A stretch of 32,000 bases of DNA from Candidatus Saccharimonadota bacterium (GCF_014857065.1 NZ_CP046533.1:240001-272000), one strand, 5' to 3'. Positions 1-9,287 are shown, counted from the first letter of the stretch. Notes: generated by a model not told the origin, from the sequence alone. Program-made: numbers and translations.

Positions 1-114
1 TTAATTTATGATACATTTAAACCTCTTAATAAAATAAAGATTCTATATCATTACGAAATAAGTTATATAACTAAAAACATTAACTTCAATACTATTTCAT
101 TTACACAATTAAGA

Positions 115-867
115 TTATGTATTCGAATCTTTACATTTGGAATACCACATACAATATGCACTTTGTTTTTGGATTAAATCTAATATATTTTTATGTTGTA
201 TTATTTCTTCTCTATTAGCATAAATAACCTTTAAATCACAATTTTTATTAGACGCTATTTCATAATTTCCTATTACCTTTACATTTGACAATGTATATCT
301 ATCTTTTTTTATAAATTGCATCGTAGTCTGACCGCCGGTCATCAAAAGAAAAATAGAAGCCAAAATCTTTGCATCAATCATAGCATTATGTAAAGCACGA
401 CGACTTCTATCTATTGAATAACGTTCACATAATGCATCTAAACTATTACGTCTGCCAGGAAATTTTTTTCTAGCCAAAAACAAAGTATCAATTACTGAAC
501 ATAAAGACTCAATATTTACTAAAAAATTATCAATCATACTTAATTCGTAATTTAAAAAACCTATATCAAATTGAGCGTTATGAATAATTAATTCACTTCC
601 GCGGACAAAATTTATAAATTCATTCACAATATCTGAAAAAATTGGTTTTTTAGAAAGGAAAATATCACTAATTCCGTGAATCTTAAAAGCTTCTGGATCA
701 ACCAAACGACCAGGATTAAGATAAACATGAAAATTTTTCCCTGTTAAACGACGATTAATTAATTCAACTGCGCCAATTTCAACAATACGGTGACCTTCAT
801 AATGAACACCAGATTTATTAAGACCTGTAGTTTCAGTATCAAGCACAATTTGTCGTAAATAGTTCAA
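115..867 (-). CDS. dnaQ: DNA polymerase III epsilon subunit (proofreading 3'-5' exonuclease)
   Basis: 250-aa ORF colinear with E. coli DnaQ (RQIVLDTETTG, HRIVEIGAVE, HNAQFDIGFL, LHNAMIDAKILA exo motifs). Apparent TTG start, with no in-frame ATG near the N-terminus. Divergent from rnhA as in E. coli. Confidence 0.93.
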   Translation of the reverse strand: MNYLRQIVLDTETTGLNKSGVHYEGHRIVEIGAVELINRRLTGKNFHVYLNPGRLVDPEAFKIHGISDIFLSKKPIFSDIVNEFINFVRGSELIIHNAQFDIGFLNYELSMIDNFLVNIESLCSVIDTLFLARKKFPGRRNSLDALCERYSIDRSRRALHNAMIDAKILASIFLLMTGGQTTMQFIKKDRYTLSNVKVIGNYEIASNKNCDLKVIYANREEIIQHKNILDLIQKQSAYCMWYSKCKDSNT

Positions 868-920
868 AACAACACTAATCCAATCTATAATAAATTAATT
901 TCTTAAAAAAATTACTTAAA

Positions 921-1376
921 ATGTATAAACAGATCAAAATCTTTACTGATGGTTCTTGTCTTGGCAATCCAGGTCCAGGAGGGTATGGAGTAATTCTATG
1001 TTACAATCAATACATAAAAGAATTTAGTGCTGGATATCGATTAACTACCAATAACCGCATGGAACTAATGGCCGTAATTACAGCATTAGAAGCACTTAAA
1101 AATCCATGCGAAACTACCATATATACCGACAGCTTATACGTCCTTCAAGGAATTACTCAATGGATTAATTCCTGGAAAAAACAAAACTGGAAGTCAGTAA
1201 ACAAAAAATTAATCAAAAACATCGACTTATGGCATAGATTAGATGCAGCTACTAAACCTCACATCATTTGTTGCAAATGGCTAAAGGCACATTCTGGCCA
1301 ACCAGAAAATGAACGTTGTAATAAGCTAGCGCAAAAAGCAGCATCCTCTCCTTCATATGATGACCTGAAGGATTAA
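921..1376 (+). CDS. rnhA: Ribonuclease HI
   Basis: 151-aa [20 protein letters not shown]...[10 protein letters not shown]...[10 protein letters not shown] is colinear with E. coli RNase HI (155 aa). ATG start at 921. Confidence 0.95.
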   Translation: MYKQIKIFTDGSCLGNPGPGGYGVILCYNQYIKEFSAGYRLTTNNRMELMAVITALEALKNPCETTIYTDSLYVLQGITQWINSWKKQNWKSVNKKLIKNIDLWHRLDAATKPHIICCKWLKAHSGQPENERCNKLAQKAASSPSYDDLKD

Positions 1377-1483
1377 GATCACAAACACCACCATTTCTTC
1401 CCTCTAATGTCGAAAAATATTTTAATGTTATCACATAATACCTTAAGGTCAACACTAAATTATAATACAACACAATTTAAAAA

Positions 1484-2164
1484 CTAAAATAAATTAAAAA
1501 AATAATTTTGATTACCTAAAGGTATCAATTGAAAAGGCATTGTTCGTTTACGTGCAATAATTATATTTAAACAACCTAAAGAAAACAAATAGCTTAATAA
1601 ACAATAAAAATTGTCATTTTTTTCACGTAACAATGATTTTAAATGACTTTTATACATAATTTCAAAATTTAAAGACTGCAACCAATACAATAACCTCATT
1701 TGAGTATATAAACGCATCTTAAAAGCTTTACGAAAAAAAAAATATGCAATTCTAAATAGCCCTAATATACTTATTAAATTAAATGTAGTAATTATCAACC
1801 AACCATCATCACTTAATATTCTATCTACTTCCTGCAATAAACTATAAGGATGAGCTATATAGGATAAAGTATGAGCTAACAAACAGATATCAACAGATCT
1901 ATTAGCAAATGGTAATTTATATATATCAACAATTACTTGAAACTGTTCTCCTTCAGGGCCAACATTAATTTGATGCAAAACAGCACACTCATTAATATTC
2001 AGATCTATACTTAAAGCTCCGATTTTTAACATATTAAACCCACGCATTTTAGGCAACCAATTCTTTAATTCCTTTTCCAAAATTTTTCTGTAATATATTC
2101 CATTAGGAACATCTTCCCAAACATTAGGCATAAAAATCAATTTTTCATTTTGCAATGATTTCAT
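1484..2164 (-). CDS. yafS: YafS-family putative SAM-dependent methyltransferase
   Basis: 226-aa ORF. W.D.P.G..YRK.LE..L..W..KM.GF..LKIG.LS...N.E.CAV.HQ.NV and DICLLAHTL...DDGWL are colinear with E. coli YafS. It sits between rnhA and gloB as in E. coli. Confidence 0.8.
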   Translation of the reverse strand: MKSLQNEKLIFMPNVWEDVPNGIYYRKILEKELKNWLPKMRGFNMLKIGALSIDLNINECAVLHQINVGPEGEQFQVIVDIYKLPFANRSVDICLLAHTLSYIAHPYSLLQEVDRILSDDGWLIITTFNLISILGLFRIAYFFFRKAFKMRLYTQMRLLYWLQSLNFEIMYKSHLKSLLREKNDNFYCLLSYLFSLGCLNIIIARKRTMPFQLIPLGNQNYFFNLF

Positions 2165-2209
2165 ATTTATTTTATTTTATACTTAAATATATAAAACATG
2201 AGGTTAAAA

Positions 2210-2965
2210 ATGAATATTATTAATATACCTGCATTAAAAGACAATTATATTTGGATATTGTATAATGCAAAAAAAGAATGTTTAATAATTGATCCTGGAG
2301 AATATATATCAATAATACAAATTATTCAAAAATTAAAATTAAAAATAACAGCCATTTTACTTACACATCATCATAAAGACCATACTGCTGGAGTACGAAA
2401 ATTACTTAAACTATTTCCAGTTAAAGTTTATGGACCACTGGAAACTGTAAATGCAGGAACAAATCATATTGTATCAGAAAATGATATCCTAACTTTGTTA
2501 GGATATCATTTTAAAGTACTATTCTTACCAGGACATACTTTAGGACACGTAGCTTTTTACAGTAAACCCTGGTTATTTTGTGGAGATGCCTTATTTTCTG
2601 CAGGTTGCGGAAGATTATTTGAAGGAACAGCGAAACAAATGTACGAATCTCTCCAAAAAATCAAACAACTACCAGGAGATACTTTAATATATAGCGCTCA
2701 TGAATACACCTGGAGTAATATTAACTTTGCAGCCTCTATCTTACCTAAAGATAACAATATTATTTCATATTTAAAAAATGTTAAAAAAAAACGCATTAAA
2801 AATGAATCCACCCTACCCACTTCTATAAATAAAGAATTAAAAATAAATCTTTTCTTTCGATGCAAAGATAAAGAAATTCAAAAAAAACTAAACACCTCTT
2901 CTAATAATGAGGAAGAATGGAAAATTTTTGCTAAACTACGAACAAAAAGAGATCTATTCACATAG
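2210..2965 (+). CDS. gloB: Hydroxyacylglutathione hydrolase (glyoxalase II)
   Basis: Colinear with E. coli GloB (IPALKDNYIWIL, LTHHHKDHTAG metal motif, PGHTLGH, CGRLFEGTAKQMY). ATG at 2210 is preferred over the track start 2198 because MNIINIPA matches the E. coli N-terminus and a GAGG lies 6-7 nt upstream. Confidence 0.93.
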   Translation: MNIINIPALKDNYIWILYNAKKECLIIDPGEYISIIQIIQKLKLKITAILLTHHHKDHTAGVRKLLKLFPVKVYGPLETVNAGTNHIVSENDILTLLGYHFKVLFLPGHTLGHVAFYSKPWLFCGDALFSAGCGRLFEGTAKQMYESLQKIKQLPGDTLIYSAHEYTWSNINFAASILPKDNNIISYLKNVKKKRIKNESTLPTSINKELKINLFFRCKDKEIQKKLNTSSNNEEEWKIFAKLRTKRDLFT

Positions 2966-3184
2966 ATAAATGAAACGATATGCTATATAATAAATTTGTT
3001 TTTTAAAAATTATTATGATTGAGCAATAAGTTACAGGAATCGCACTTGCCTAATACACGGAAGCAGCGCGTAATTCAAAAATAAAACGTATCATTAACCA
3101 TCGAAACTTTAGTAAAGATACAGCTCAACATAACTTAAAATATAACAATCTCTAATTCTGATAAAAGTACTTCCAAGTTTAAAA

Positions 3185-3304
3185 TTGCTTGGCAGTCCCC
3201 TACTCTAACATAAGGATACCTTATACTACCATCGGTACTACGACATTTCACTTCTGAGTTCGGTATGGTTTCAGGTGGATCTATCGCGCTTATACCGCCA
3301 AGCA
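3185..3304 (-). rRNA. rrf: 5S ribosomal RNA, isolated (no adjacent 23S or 16S)
   Basis: The reverse complement reads TGCTTGGCGGTATAAGCGCGATAGATCCACCTGAAACCATACCGAACTCAGAAGTGAAATGTCGTAGTACCGATGGTAGTATAAGGTATCCTTATGTTAGAGTAGGGGACTGCCAAGCAA. It is 120 nt and position-for-position alignable with E. coli 5S. The core CCGAACTCAGAAGTGAAA and CCGATGGTAGT is conserved. Stem changes are compensatory (helix I GCTTGGC/GCCAAGC; GTATAAGGTATCCTTATGT vs GTGTGGGGTCTCCCCATGC). Confidence 0.95.
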
Positions 3305-3710
3305 AAAACAATATAAACAAACTACCAACTGTAAAAATAAAAAATAATTCTACACTGAATCTCCGATCTAGAATACAACCATAAAATAAAAAATCAAGTA
3401 AAATAAAATAATTTAAAACGAAATAATTTTAAAAATTAAAACTTTAATCATTATAAATGATAACAAAAACAAAAAATTTCTTCATTAATCAAACTAAACA
3501 TAAAAACAAACTTTATAATTCATGTAAAATAATTAAATACAAATCAAAACAATAACACATAAAAATAAAATGCATATTTTAAAATTGTTCAAATACAAAA
3601 CCTAAAACACTTTACAAACCCACAAAACAACAAAACAAATTAAACATTTCGCTTAAAAATTTAATTATATTTAAAATAACAATTAAGTAAATAACATTAT
3701 TAAAATCTTA

Positions 3711-4532
3711 TCATTTTAAACGTATTCTAGATAATGCGGAAGAAATCGAAGGTAACGTATTATGCCAAAAAAGAAAGGAATATGCAGCCTGTCCAACTAA
3801 CATTCCTAATCCATCAGAACAAAATTTTGCCCCATATTTCTTGCACCACATAATAAATGGCGTATCTATATCTTCCTTATAAAACAAATCATAACAATTA
3901 ACAAAAGGATTAATCAAGGAGCTTGGTAAATCAGGTACATCTCCATACATTCCTGTAGTAGTTGCATTAATTATTAAATCAACTTTCTCTAAAGTCGATA
4001 ATTGATCCAAAGATATAACGCTAATATCTCCCTTGTTAAAAAAATGATTAACTAATCTTTGAGCGCGTAAAAAAGTTCTATTGGTTAATAGAATTTGATG
4101 ACCAAAATTTAACAAAGGAAATATAATTCCTCTTGCTGCTCCTCCAGCTCCAATTAATAATATCTTACTTTTAGTTCTACTATGCAACCAATTAAGATAT
4201 TGTAAATGAACTAATAAACCAACTCCATCAGTATTATCTCCAGATAGGAACCCATCAGTATTTTTTTTTAATACATTTACAGACCCAGCAATAATAGCTC
4301 TCTCAGTACGATGTTTACATAAAGAATAAGCATATTCTTTAAAAGGAGCAGTAATATTGGCGCCTATTCCTCCATTTTTAAAAAATATACCCAACATCAT
4401 TTCGAAATTTGAAAATGATGCTAATATTCGATCATAAGAAGATGAAATACCCATTTCTTCCGCAAAAATAGAATAAATATCAGGTGACTTACTATGTTTA
4501 ATCGGATTACCAAAAACTGCAAAAGATGCCAT
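3711..4532 (-). CDS. aroE: Shikimate 5-dehydrogenase
   Basis: Colinear with E. coli AroE from MASFAVFGNPIKHSKSP (E. coli METYAVFGNPIAHSKSP) through GDNTDGVG, LLIGAGGAARG, NRT, DLIINATT and DGLGMLVGQAA. The start at 4532 was chosen by homology; the track start at 4601 adds 23 non-homologous residues overlapping tsaC. Confidence 0.92.
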   Translation of the reverse strand: MASFAVFGNPIKHSKSPDIYSIFAEEMGISSSYDRILASFSNFEMMLGIFFKNGGIGANITAPFKEYAYSLCKHRTERAIIAGSVNVLKKNTDGFLSGDNTDGVGLLVHLQYLNWLHSRTKSKILLIGAGGAARGIIFPLLNFGHQILLTNRTFLRAQRLVNHFFNKGDISVISLDQLSTLEKVDLIINATTTGMYGDVPDLPSSLINPFVNCYDLFYKEDIDTPFIMWCKKYGAKFCSDGLGMLVGQAAYSFLFWHNTLPSISSALSRIRLK

Positions 4533-4566
4533 AATAGAATAAATTAAGCTCAAAAAAATAATTAAT

Positions 4567-5139
4567 CTAATAACGTAACCAAGCTCCAGTAATAATATCA
4601 CGAATTCCAGATGGATTAGAACGTTTATTTACTATTTTCGTATTTAATACAGGAGGAACATAAACGTAATTCCCAAATTGTCGATAAATATCATCAAAAG
4701 TATATACAGGTGAATAACCCGATAAGTTTGCACTAGTAGAAATTAAAGCCTTGCCAAAAGACAAACAAAGCTCTTGCAGAGGCTTAAAAATACTCAATCT
4801 AACTGCTACAGAAGAGAATCGACCTGTCAACCAACATGGTGTAGTAAACCTAGCAGGTATAACCCAAGTAATTGGTTGTGAATAAACTGTTCTAATTTTC
4901 ATACAATAATGATAAGTCAAATATGCTTCATCAATATACCTAAAAAACTGCGAACAATTTGCACCTACTAAAATAAAACCTTTCTTCCATGATCTTTGTT
5001 TAATTTTTAATAATCTCTTTACTGCATTGAAATTATCCGGATCACATCCTAAACTCAAAATTGTTTCAGTAGGATAAGCAATAACCTGCCCATTTTGCAA
5101 AGCCTCTAATACACTTCTAATATAATATTTATTATTCAT
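4567..5139 (-). CDS. tsaC: Threonylcarbamoyl-AMP synthase (tRNA t6A37 pathway)
   Basis: 190-aa ORF, the same length as E. coli TsaC/YrdC and colinear with it (VIAYPTE, GCDPDN, KGFILV, TTPCWLTGRF.S.AVR, STSANLSG, NPS.IRD..TG). Upstream of aroE as in E. coli. Confidence 0.9.
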   Translation of the reverse strand: MNNKYYIRSVLEALQNGQVIAYPTETILSLGCDPDNFNAVKRLLKIKQRSWKKGFILVGANCSQFFRYIDEAYLTYHYCMKIRTVYSQPITWVIPARFTTPCWLTGRFSSVAVRLSIFKPLQELCLSFGKALISTSANLSGYSPVYTFDDIYRQFGNYVYVPPVLNTKIVNKRSNPSGIRDIITGAWLRY

Positions 5140-5549
5140 AATAACACAGCAACATTCGCCTTTATCTTACAAAATATAGATACAGAACTAAAGCACATTG
5201 ATTCACTAAAATAATAATGCCTATACAAAGTATATTAATTAATATCTAATAATACAAAAATATATCATATTTTATAAATTTCCAAAACTACAAAAATTAG
5301 TTCATATATTAAAAACTAAATAAATCTTTAACGACAAAAAATCATGATTAAAGACAAAACATCCTACTTTTATTTCAATTTTAATAGGATACCATCAAAA
5401 TAATCAAATAAAAAATAATCAATCTAAAATAAAATTATTTACTTATCATGAACACTATCATTTAAAAAACAAACACAATATAATAATAAATTGTAACAAC
5501 ATATAGTAAAAATAAAATTATTCTTATCATTATTAATAATAAAATTATT

Positions 5550-5996
5550 ATGTCACTATTACAAATTCTATACTATCCAGATAAACGATTGCGTAAAATA
5601 GCTGCTCCAGTAATTAACATCAATAATAATATTAAATGTATTATACATGATATGCTTGAAACCATGTATGCAAAAAAAGGTATAGGTTTAGCTGCAACAC
5701 AAGTAAATATTCATAAACAAATTATTGTTGTTGATATTTCAACAAAATCTAAAGAACCATTAATTTTAATAAATCCATGTTTAATAGAAAAAAAAGGGGG
5801 TACTAGTGTTCTTGAAGGATGTTTATCAATACCGGAACAATATCACTTTATACCAAGAGCAGCTATAATAAAAATACATGCCTTAAATCAAAATGGAACG
5901 CTTTTAAAAATAGAGGCTAATAATTTATTGGCTATATGTATTCAACATGAAATGGATCATTTAATTGGAAAATTATTTATAGATTATCTTAAATGA
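5550..5996 (+). CDS. def: Peptide deformylase (lacks the C-terminal helix)
   Basis: 148 aa. The [17 protein letters not shown] and QHEMDHL metal and active-site motifs are colinear with E. coli Def (169 aa). The ORF stops right after ...GKLFIDYLK. Confidence 0.94.
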   Translation: MSLLQILYYPDKRLRKIAAPVININNNIKCIIHDMLETMYAKKGIGLAATQVNIHKQIIVVDISTKSKEPLILINPCLIEKKGGTSVLEGCLSIPEQYHFIPRAAIIKIHALNQNGTLLKIEANNLLAICIQHEMDHLIGKLFIDYLK

Positions 5997-6065
5997 GATA
6001 TAATCTCTATAATTACTGTAAATATAAAACATTAATTAAAAACTATATACTTAAAATAAACTAAA

Positions 6066-7043
6066 ATGTCATGTTCTTTACGTATTATTTTTGCAGGAAC
6101 ACCAGATTACTCGGCGTGTTTCTTGCGCATGTTATTTCATTCTCCACACCAAGTAATAGCAATACTAACAAAAAAAAACAATAAAAAAATAACAATTGGA
6201 AAAAAAAATAAATTATCGTCGAATAATTTAGTTCTAAATTTTGCAAAAGAGCATAATATACCAATTTTTCAACCAAAATCACTAAATGCATTAGAAACCT
6301 TTCAAATAATTAAAAATCTGGATGCAGATATTATAATTGTTGTAGCATATAGTTTAATAATACCTCAAAAATTCTTACATTTACCACGCTTAGGATGTAT
6401 AAATATACATTACTCATTATTACCACGTTGGCGTGGACCCGCCCCTATTCAAAGAGCTATAGAAGCTGGAGATTATGAAACAGGTATTAGCGTCATACAA
6501 ATGGATGAAGGATTAGACACAGGTAATATTCTACATCAAGTAACCTGTAATATTTCAATTTATGATACTTATTTAACATTATCTGACAAATTAACAAAAA
6601 TTGGCGCAAAAGCACTAATTGAAATATTAAATAAAATAAATTACAATGAATACACAGCAATCCCACAGAATGAGACATTTGCTTCTTACGCAAAAAAACT
6701 AAGTAAAAAAGAAGGAAAAATAAATTGGAACCTACCTGCTATTCAAATAGAAAGACGCATACGAGCTTTCAGTACATGGCCGACCAGTTATTTTCAAATT
6801 TCAGAACATATGATCAAGATATGGAATGCAACCACAATATCGCCGTATAAAAAACAACAAAAATTTGAATGTAATATACCGGGCACTATTCTTGCATCAA
6901 AGAAAACTGGTATTGACATCCTGACTGGAGATGGAATTTTAACAATACAGTCCCTACAACCAGAAGGTAAAAGAACAATGACAGTGCAGGACTTTCTTGC
7001 GTCTCGCGGAACCTGGTTCAGACCGGGTCTAGTATTATCTTAA
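6066..7043 (+). CDS. fmt: Methionyl-tRNA formyltransferase
   Basis: 325 aa. MS.SLRIIFAGTPD, GCINIHYSLLPRWRGPAPIQRAI, ETG.S.IQMD.GLDTG and LQPEGKR.M are colinear with E. coli Fmt. Downstream of def as in E. coli. Confidence 0.94.
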   Translation: MSCSLRIIFAGTPDYSACFLRMLFHSPHQVIAILTKKNNKKITIGKKNKLSSNNLVLNFAKEHNIPIFQPKSLNALETFQIIKNLDADIIIVVAYSLIIPQKFLHLPRLGCINIHYSLLPRWRGPAPIQRAIEAGDYETGISVIQMDEGLDTGNILHQVTCNISIYDTYLTLSDKLTKIGAKALIEILNKINYNEYTAIPQNETFASYAKKLSKKEGKINWNLPAIQIERRIRAFSTWPTSYFQISEHMIKIWNATTISPYKKQQKFECNIPGTILASKKTGIDILTGDGILTIQSLQPEGKRTMTVQDFLASRGTWFRPGLVLS

Positions 7044-7197
7044 TTTAACAAAACTAACAAACTATCAAAAGAAAACGATTAATAAACAACTGATTAAGAC
7101 TTAGTTAACAAGCATCCTATTCATATTCTAATATCTTATTTAACTTATATATAAATAATTAAATAAAATAAAACATATATCAAAAAGTTCGCTAATG

Positions 7198-7560
7198 TTA
7201 TGTTACACGTTCAACAAATTCAATGTAAGCCATCATCGCCTTATCTCCCATTCGATAATTACACTTCAAAATACGTGTATATCCACCTTGACGACTTATA
7301 AATCTAGGCCCCAATTCATTAAAAATCTTTGCTACAATTTTATTATTACGTATTTTAGAGAAAACGAATCGTCGATTTGCAACACTATCTATTTTAGCTT
7401 TAGTAATTATAGGTTCTACTATACTACGTAATTCTTTTGCTTTAGGCAAAGTTGTCCTAATAATTTCATTCATAATTAATGAACTTACCATATTATAAAA
7501 CATCGCCTTGCGATGAGCTGTATTACGATTCAATTTACGACCATTTTTACAATGACGCAT
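7198..7560 (-). CDS. rplQ: 50S ribosomal protein L17
   Basis: MRH.K.GRKLNRN..HRKAM..NM..SL... is colinear with E. coli L17. Last gene of the alpha operon. Confidence 0.95.
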   Translation of the reverse strand: MRHCKNGRKLNRNTAHRKAMFYNMVSSLIMNEIIRTTLPKAKELRSIVEPIITKAKIDSVANRRFVFSKIRNNKIVAKIFNELGPRFISRQGGYTRILKCNYRMGDKAMMAYIEFVERVT

Positions 7561-7592
7561 CTAAACATATCCCAATTTAAATTAATTTAAAT

Positions 7593-8600
7593 TTACCTTT
7601 CATCAATAAGACTAGAAGGAGGCCAATTATCGAAATGCATGCCTAAAGTTAATCCACGAGAAGCTAATACATCTTTAATTTCAGTGAGTGATTTTTTACC
7701 TAAATTAGGTGTTTTTAACAATTCAACCTCTGTACGTTGAACTAAATCGCCAATATAATGAATTGCCTCCGCCTTAAGACAATTAGCAGAACGTACAGTT
7801 AACTCTAGATCATCTACAGGACGTAATAATATAGGATCAAATTCTGGTTTTTCTTCTTTTAATTCTGGTTGTCTTACATCACGTAAATCAACAAAAGCTT
7901 CCAATTGTTCAGATAAAATGGTTGCTGCCCGCCGAATAGCTTCTTCAGGATCAATAGTTCCGTTAGTTTCCATATCTATAATTAATTTATCTAAATCAGT
8001 ACGCTGCTCAACACGTGCTGCTTCTACATTATATGCTATGCGTTCTACTGGACTATAACATGCATCTATTAATAAACGACCAATAGAAGAAGAGGAGATA
8101 TTATTATTCCCTTCCGTATATATTCTAGTTGCAGCAGGAACATAACCACGACCACGCTCAACTTTAATTTGCATATTAATTTCTGCATTTTTATCAGTTA
8201 AATGACACAATATATGTTGTGGTTTTACTATCTCAACATTTTCATCATGAGTAATATCAGCAGCTATTACTGGGCCAATACCAGACTTATACAAAGTTAA
8301 AAGAATACTATCTTTACCTTGAACTTTCAAAGCTAATCCTTTTAAATTAAGTAAAATTTCCAATATATCTTCTTGCACACCCTCTTTGGTGCTATACTCA
8401 TGCAGAATACCATCAATTTTTACTTCTGTAACTGCATATCCAGGCATTGACGAAAGTAAAATACGACGTAGTGCGTTACCTAATGTATGACCAAAACCAC
8501 GTTCCAAAGGTTCAAGCGTAACTTTGGTATGTGTTGCACTAATTTGTTCAATATTCACCAAACGTGGCTTTAAAAATTCCGTTACCAAATTATGCATCAT
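7593..8600 (-). CDS. rpoA: DNA-directed RNA polymerase alpha subunit
   Basis: 335 aa, near-identical in long stretches to E. coli RpoA ([38 protein letters not shown], and the whole C-terminal domain [64 protein letters not shown]). Confidence 0.98.
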   Translation of the reverse strand: MMHNLVTEFLKPRLVNIEQISATHTKVTLEPLERGFGHTLGNALRRILLSSMPGYAVTEVKIDGILHEYSTKEGVQEDILEILLNLKGLALKVQGKDSILLTLYKSGIGPVIAADITHDENVEIVKPQHILCHLTDKNAEINMQIKVERGRGYVPAATRIYTEGNNNISSSSIGRLLIDACYSPVERIAYNVEAARVEQRTDLDKLIIDMETNGTIDPEEAIRRAATILSEQLEAFVDLRDVRQPELKEEKPEFDPILLRPVDDLELTVRSANCLKAEAIHYIGDLVQRTEVELLKTPNLGKKSLTEIKDVLASRGLTLGMHFDNWPPSSLIDER

Positions 8601-8620
8601 ATTTCTCCATAAATTTCATA

Positions 8621-9241
8621 TTATTTAGAATATAATTCAACAATCAAGTGTTCATCGATATCCGCTGACAAATCAGAACGTTCTGGAATGTTTCTTAAAA
8701 CGCCTTCCATCTTTGTTAAATCAACAGAAATCCATGATAATTTTTCACGCTGTTCAAATAATTCTAATGCTGATTTAATTCTAAGTTGATTCTTTGCTTT
8801 ATTACACAAAGATATAACATCTTTAGAACTGATACTATAAGAAGGAATATTAACAATATGATAATTCACCATGATTGCTTTGTGACTCACCAACTGTCGA
8901 GCTTCTGCACGAGTAACAGCAAAACCCATACGATACACAATATTATCTAATCTAGTTTCTAATAATTGTAATAAATTATCACCAGTATTCCCCTTAAGTT
9001 TAATAGCTTTCTTATAATAATTACGAAATTGGCATTCTAATATTCCATAAATACGCTTTACTTTTTGCTTTTCACGTAATTGAATTCCATAATCTGATAA
9101 TCTAGATTTACGTACACCATGATGACCAGGCAATCGTTCAATTTTGCATTTAGATTCAAGCGAACGAATACCAGATTTCAAAAAAAGATCAGTACCTTCA
9201 CGTCGAATAATCCTAAGCTTAGGACCCAAATATCTTGCCAT
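8621..9241 (-). CDS. rpsD: 30S ribosomal protein S4
   Basis: 206 aa. MARYLGPKL...SDYG.QLREKQK.. is colinear with E. coli S4. Position is rpsK-rpsD-rpoA. Confidence 0.96.
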   Translation of the reverse strand: MARYLGPKLRIIRREGTDLFLKSGIRSLESKCKIERLPGHHGVRKSRLSDYGIQLREKQKVKRIYGILECQFRNYYKKAIKLKGNTGDNLLQLLETRLDNIVYRMGFAVTRAEARQLVSHKAIMVNYHIVNIPSYSISSKDVISLCNKAKNQLRIKSALELFEQREKLSWISVDLTKMEGVLRNIPERSDLSADIDEHLIVELYSK

Positions 9242-9287
9242 ATTTCAATATTCCTAATTTAAATATATTACTAAAACTATCTTTTAT

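Noticed and set aside
3036-3072. A G+C-rich island (GGAATCGCACTTGCCTAATACACGGAAGCAGCGCG) in the gloB-5S spacer. I considered it as a decayed tRNA (E. coli has aspU after rrfH) or as a bidirectional terminator hairpin.
   Set aside because: I could not fold it into a cloverleaf, as there are no D-loop or T-loop consensus sequences. The best hairpin (CGC.CTT.CC / GG.AAG..GCG) is short, bulged and lacks a following U-tract. It is worth a covariance-model scan, but I cannot support a call.
3135-3320. A 61-aa ORF on the minus strand in the ORF track.
   Set aside because: It lies entirely over the 5S rRNA gene (3185-3304). Its open frame is a by-product of the G+C-richer RNA gene sequence, and it has no protein-like conservation.
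3305-3340. A candidate private promoter for the 5S gene: TATATT at 3310-3315, with TTTACA 14 nt upstream.
   Set aside because: The spacing to the best -35-like hexamer is too short (14 nt), and -10-like hexamers are ubiquitous in DNA this AT-rich. It is mentioned in the 5S finding only as a hypothesis.
4533-4601. N-terminal extensions given by the longest-ORF track. These affect aroE here, and likewise gloB 2198, rpsK 9692, rplR 13283, rpsH 14244, rpsQ 16208, rpsC 17500, rplB 19021, rplD 20003, rpsJ 21085, coaA 22902, clpB 28846, rluD 30009 and pheA 31228.
   Set aside because: The extensions are not homologous to the E. coli proteins. They often overlap the upstream gene, and internal ATGs reproduce the E. 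coli N-terminus and length exactly. I used the homology-supported starts.
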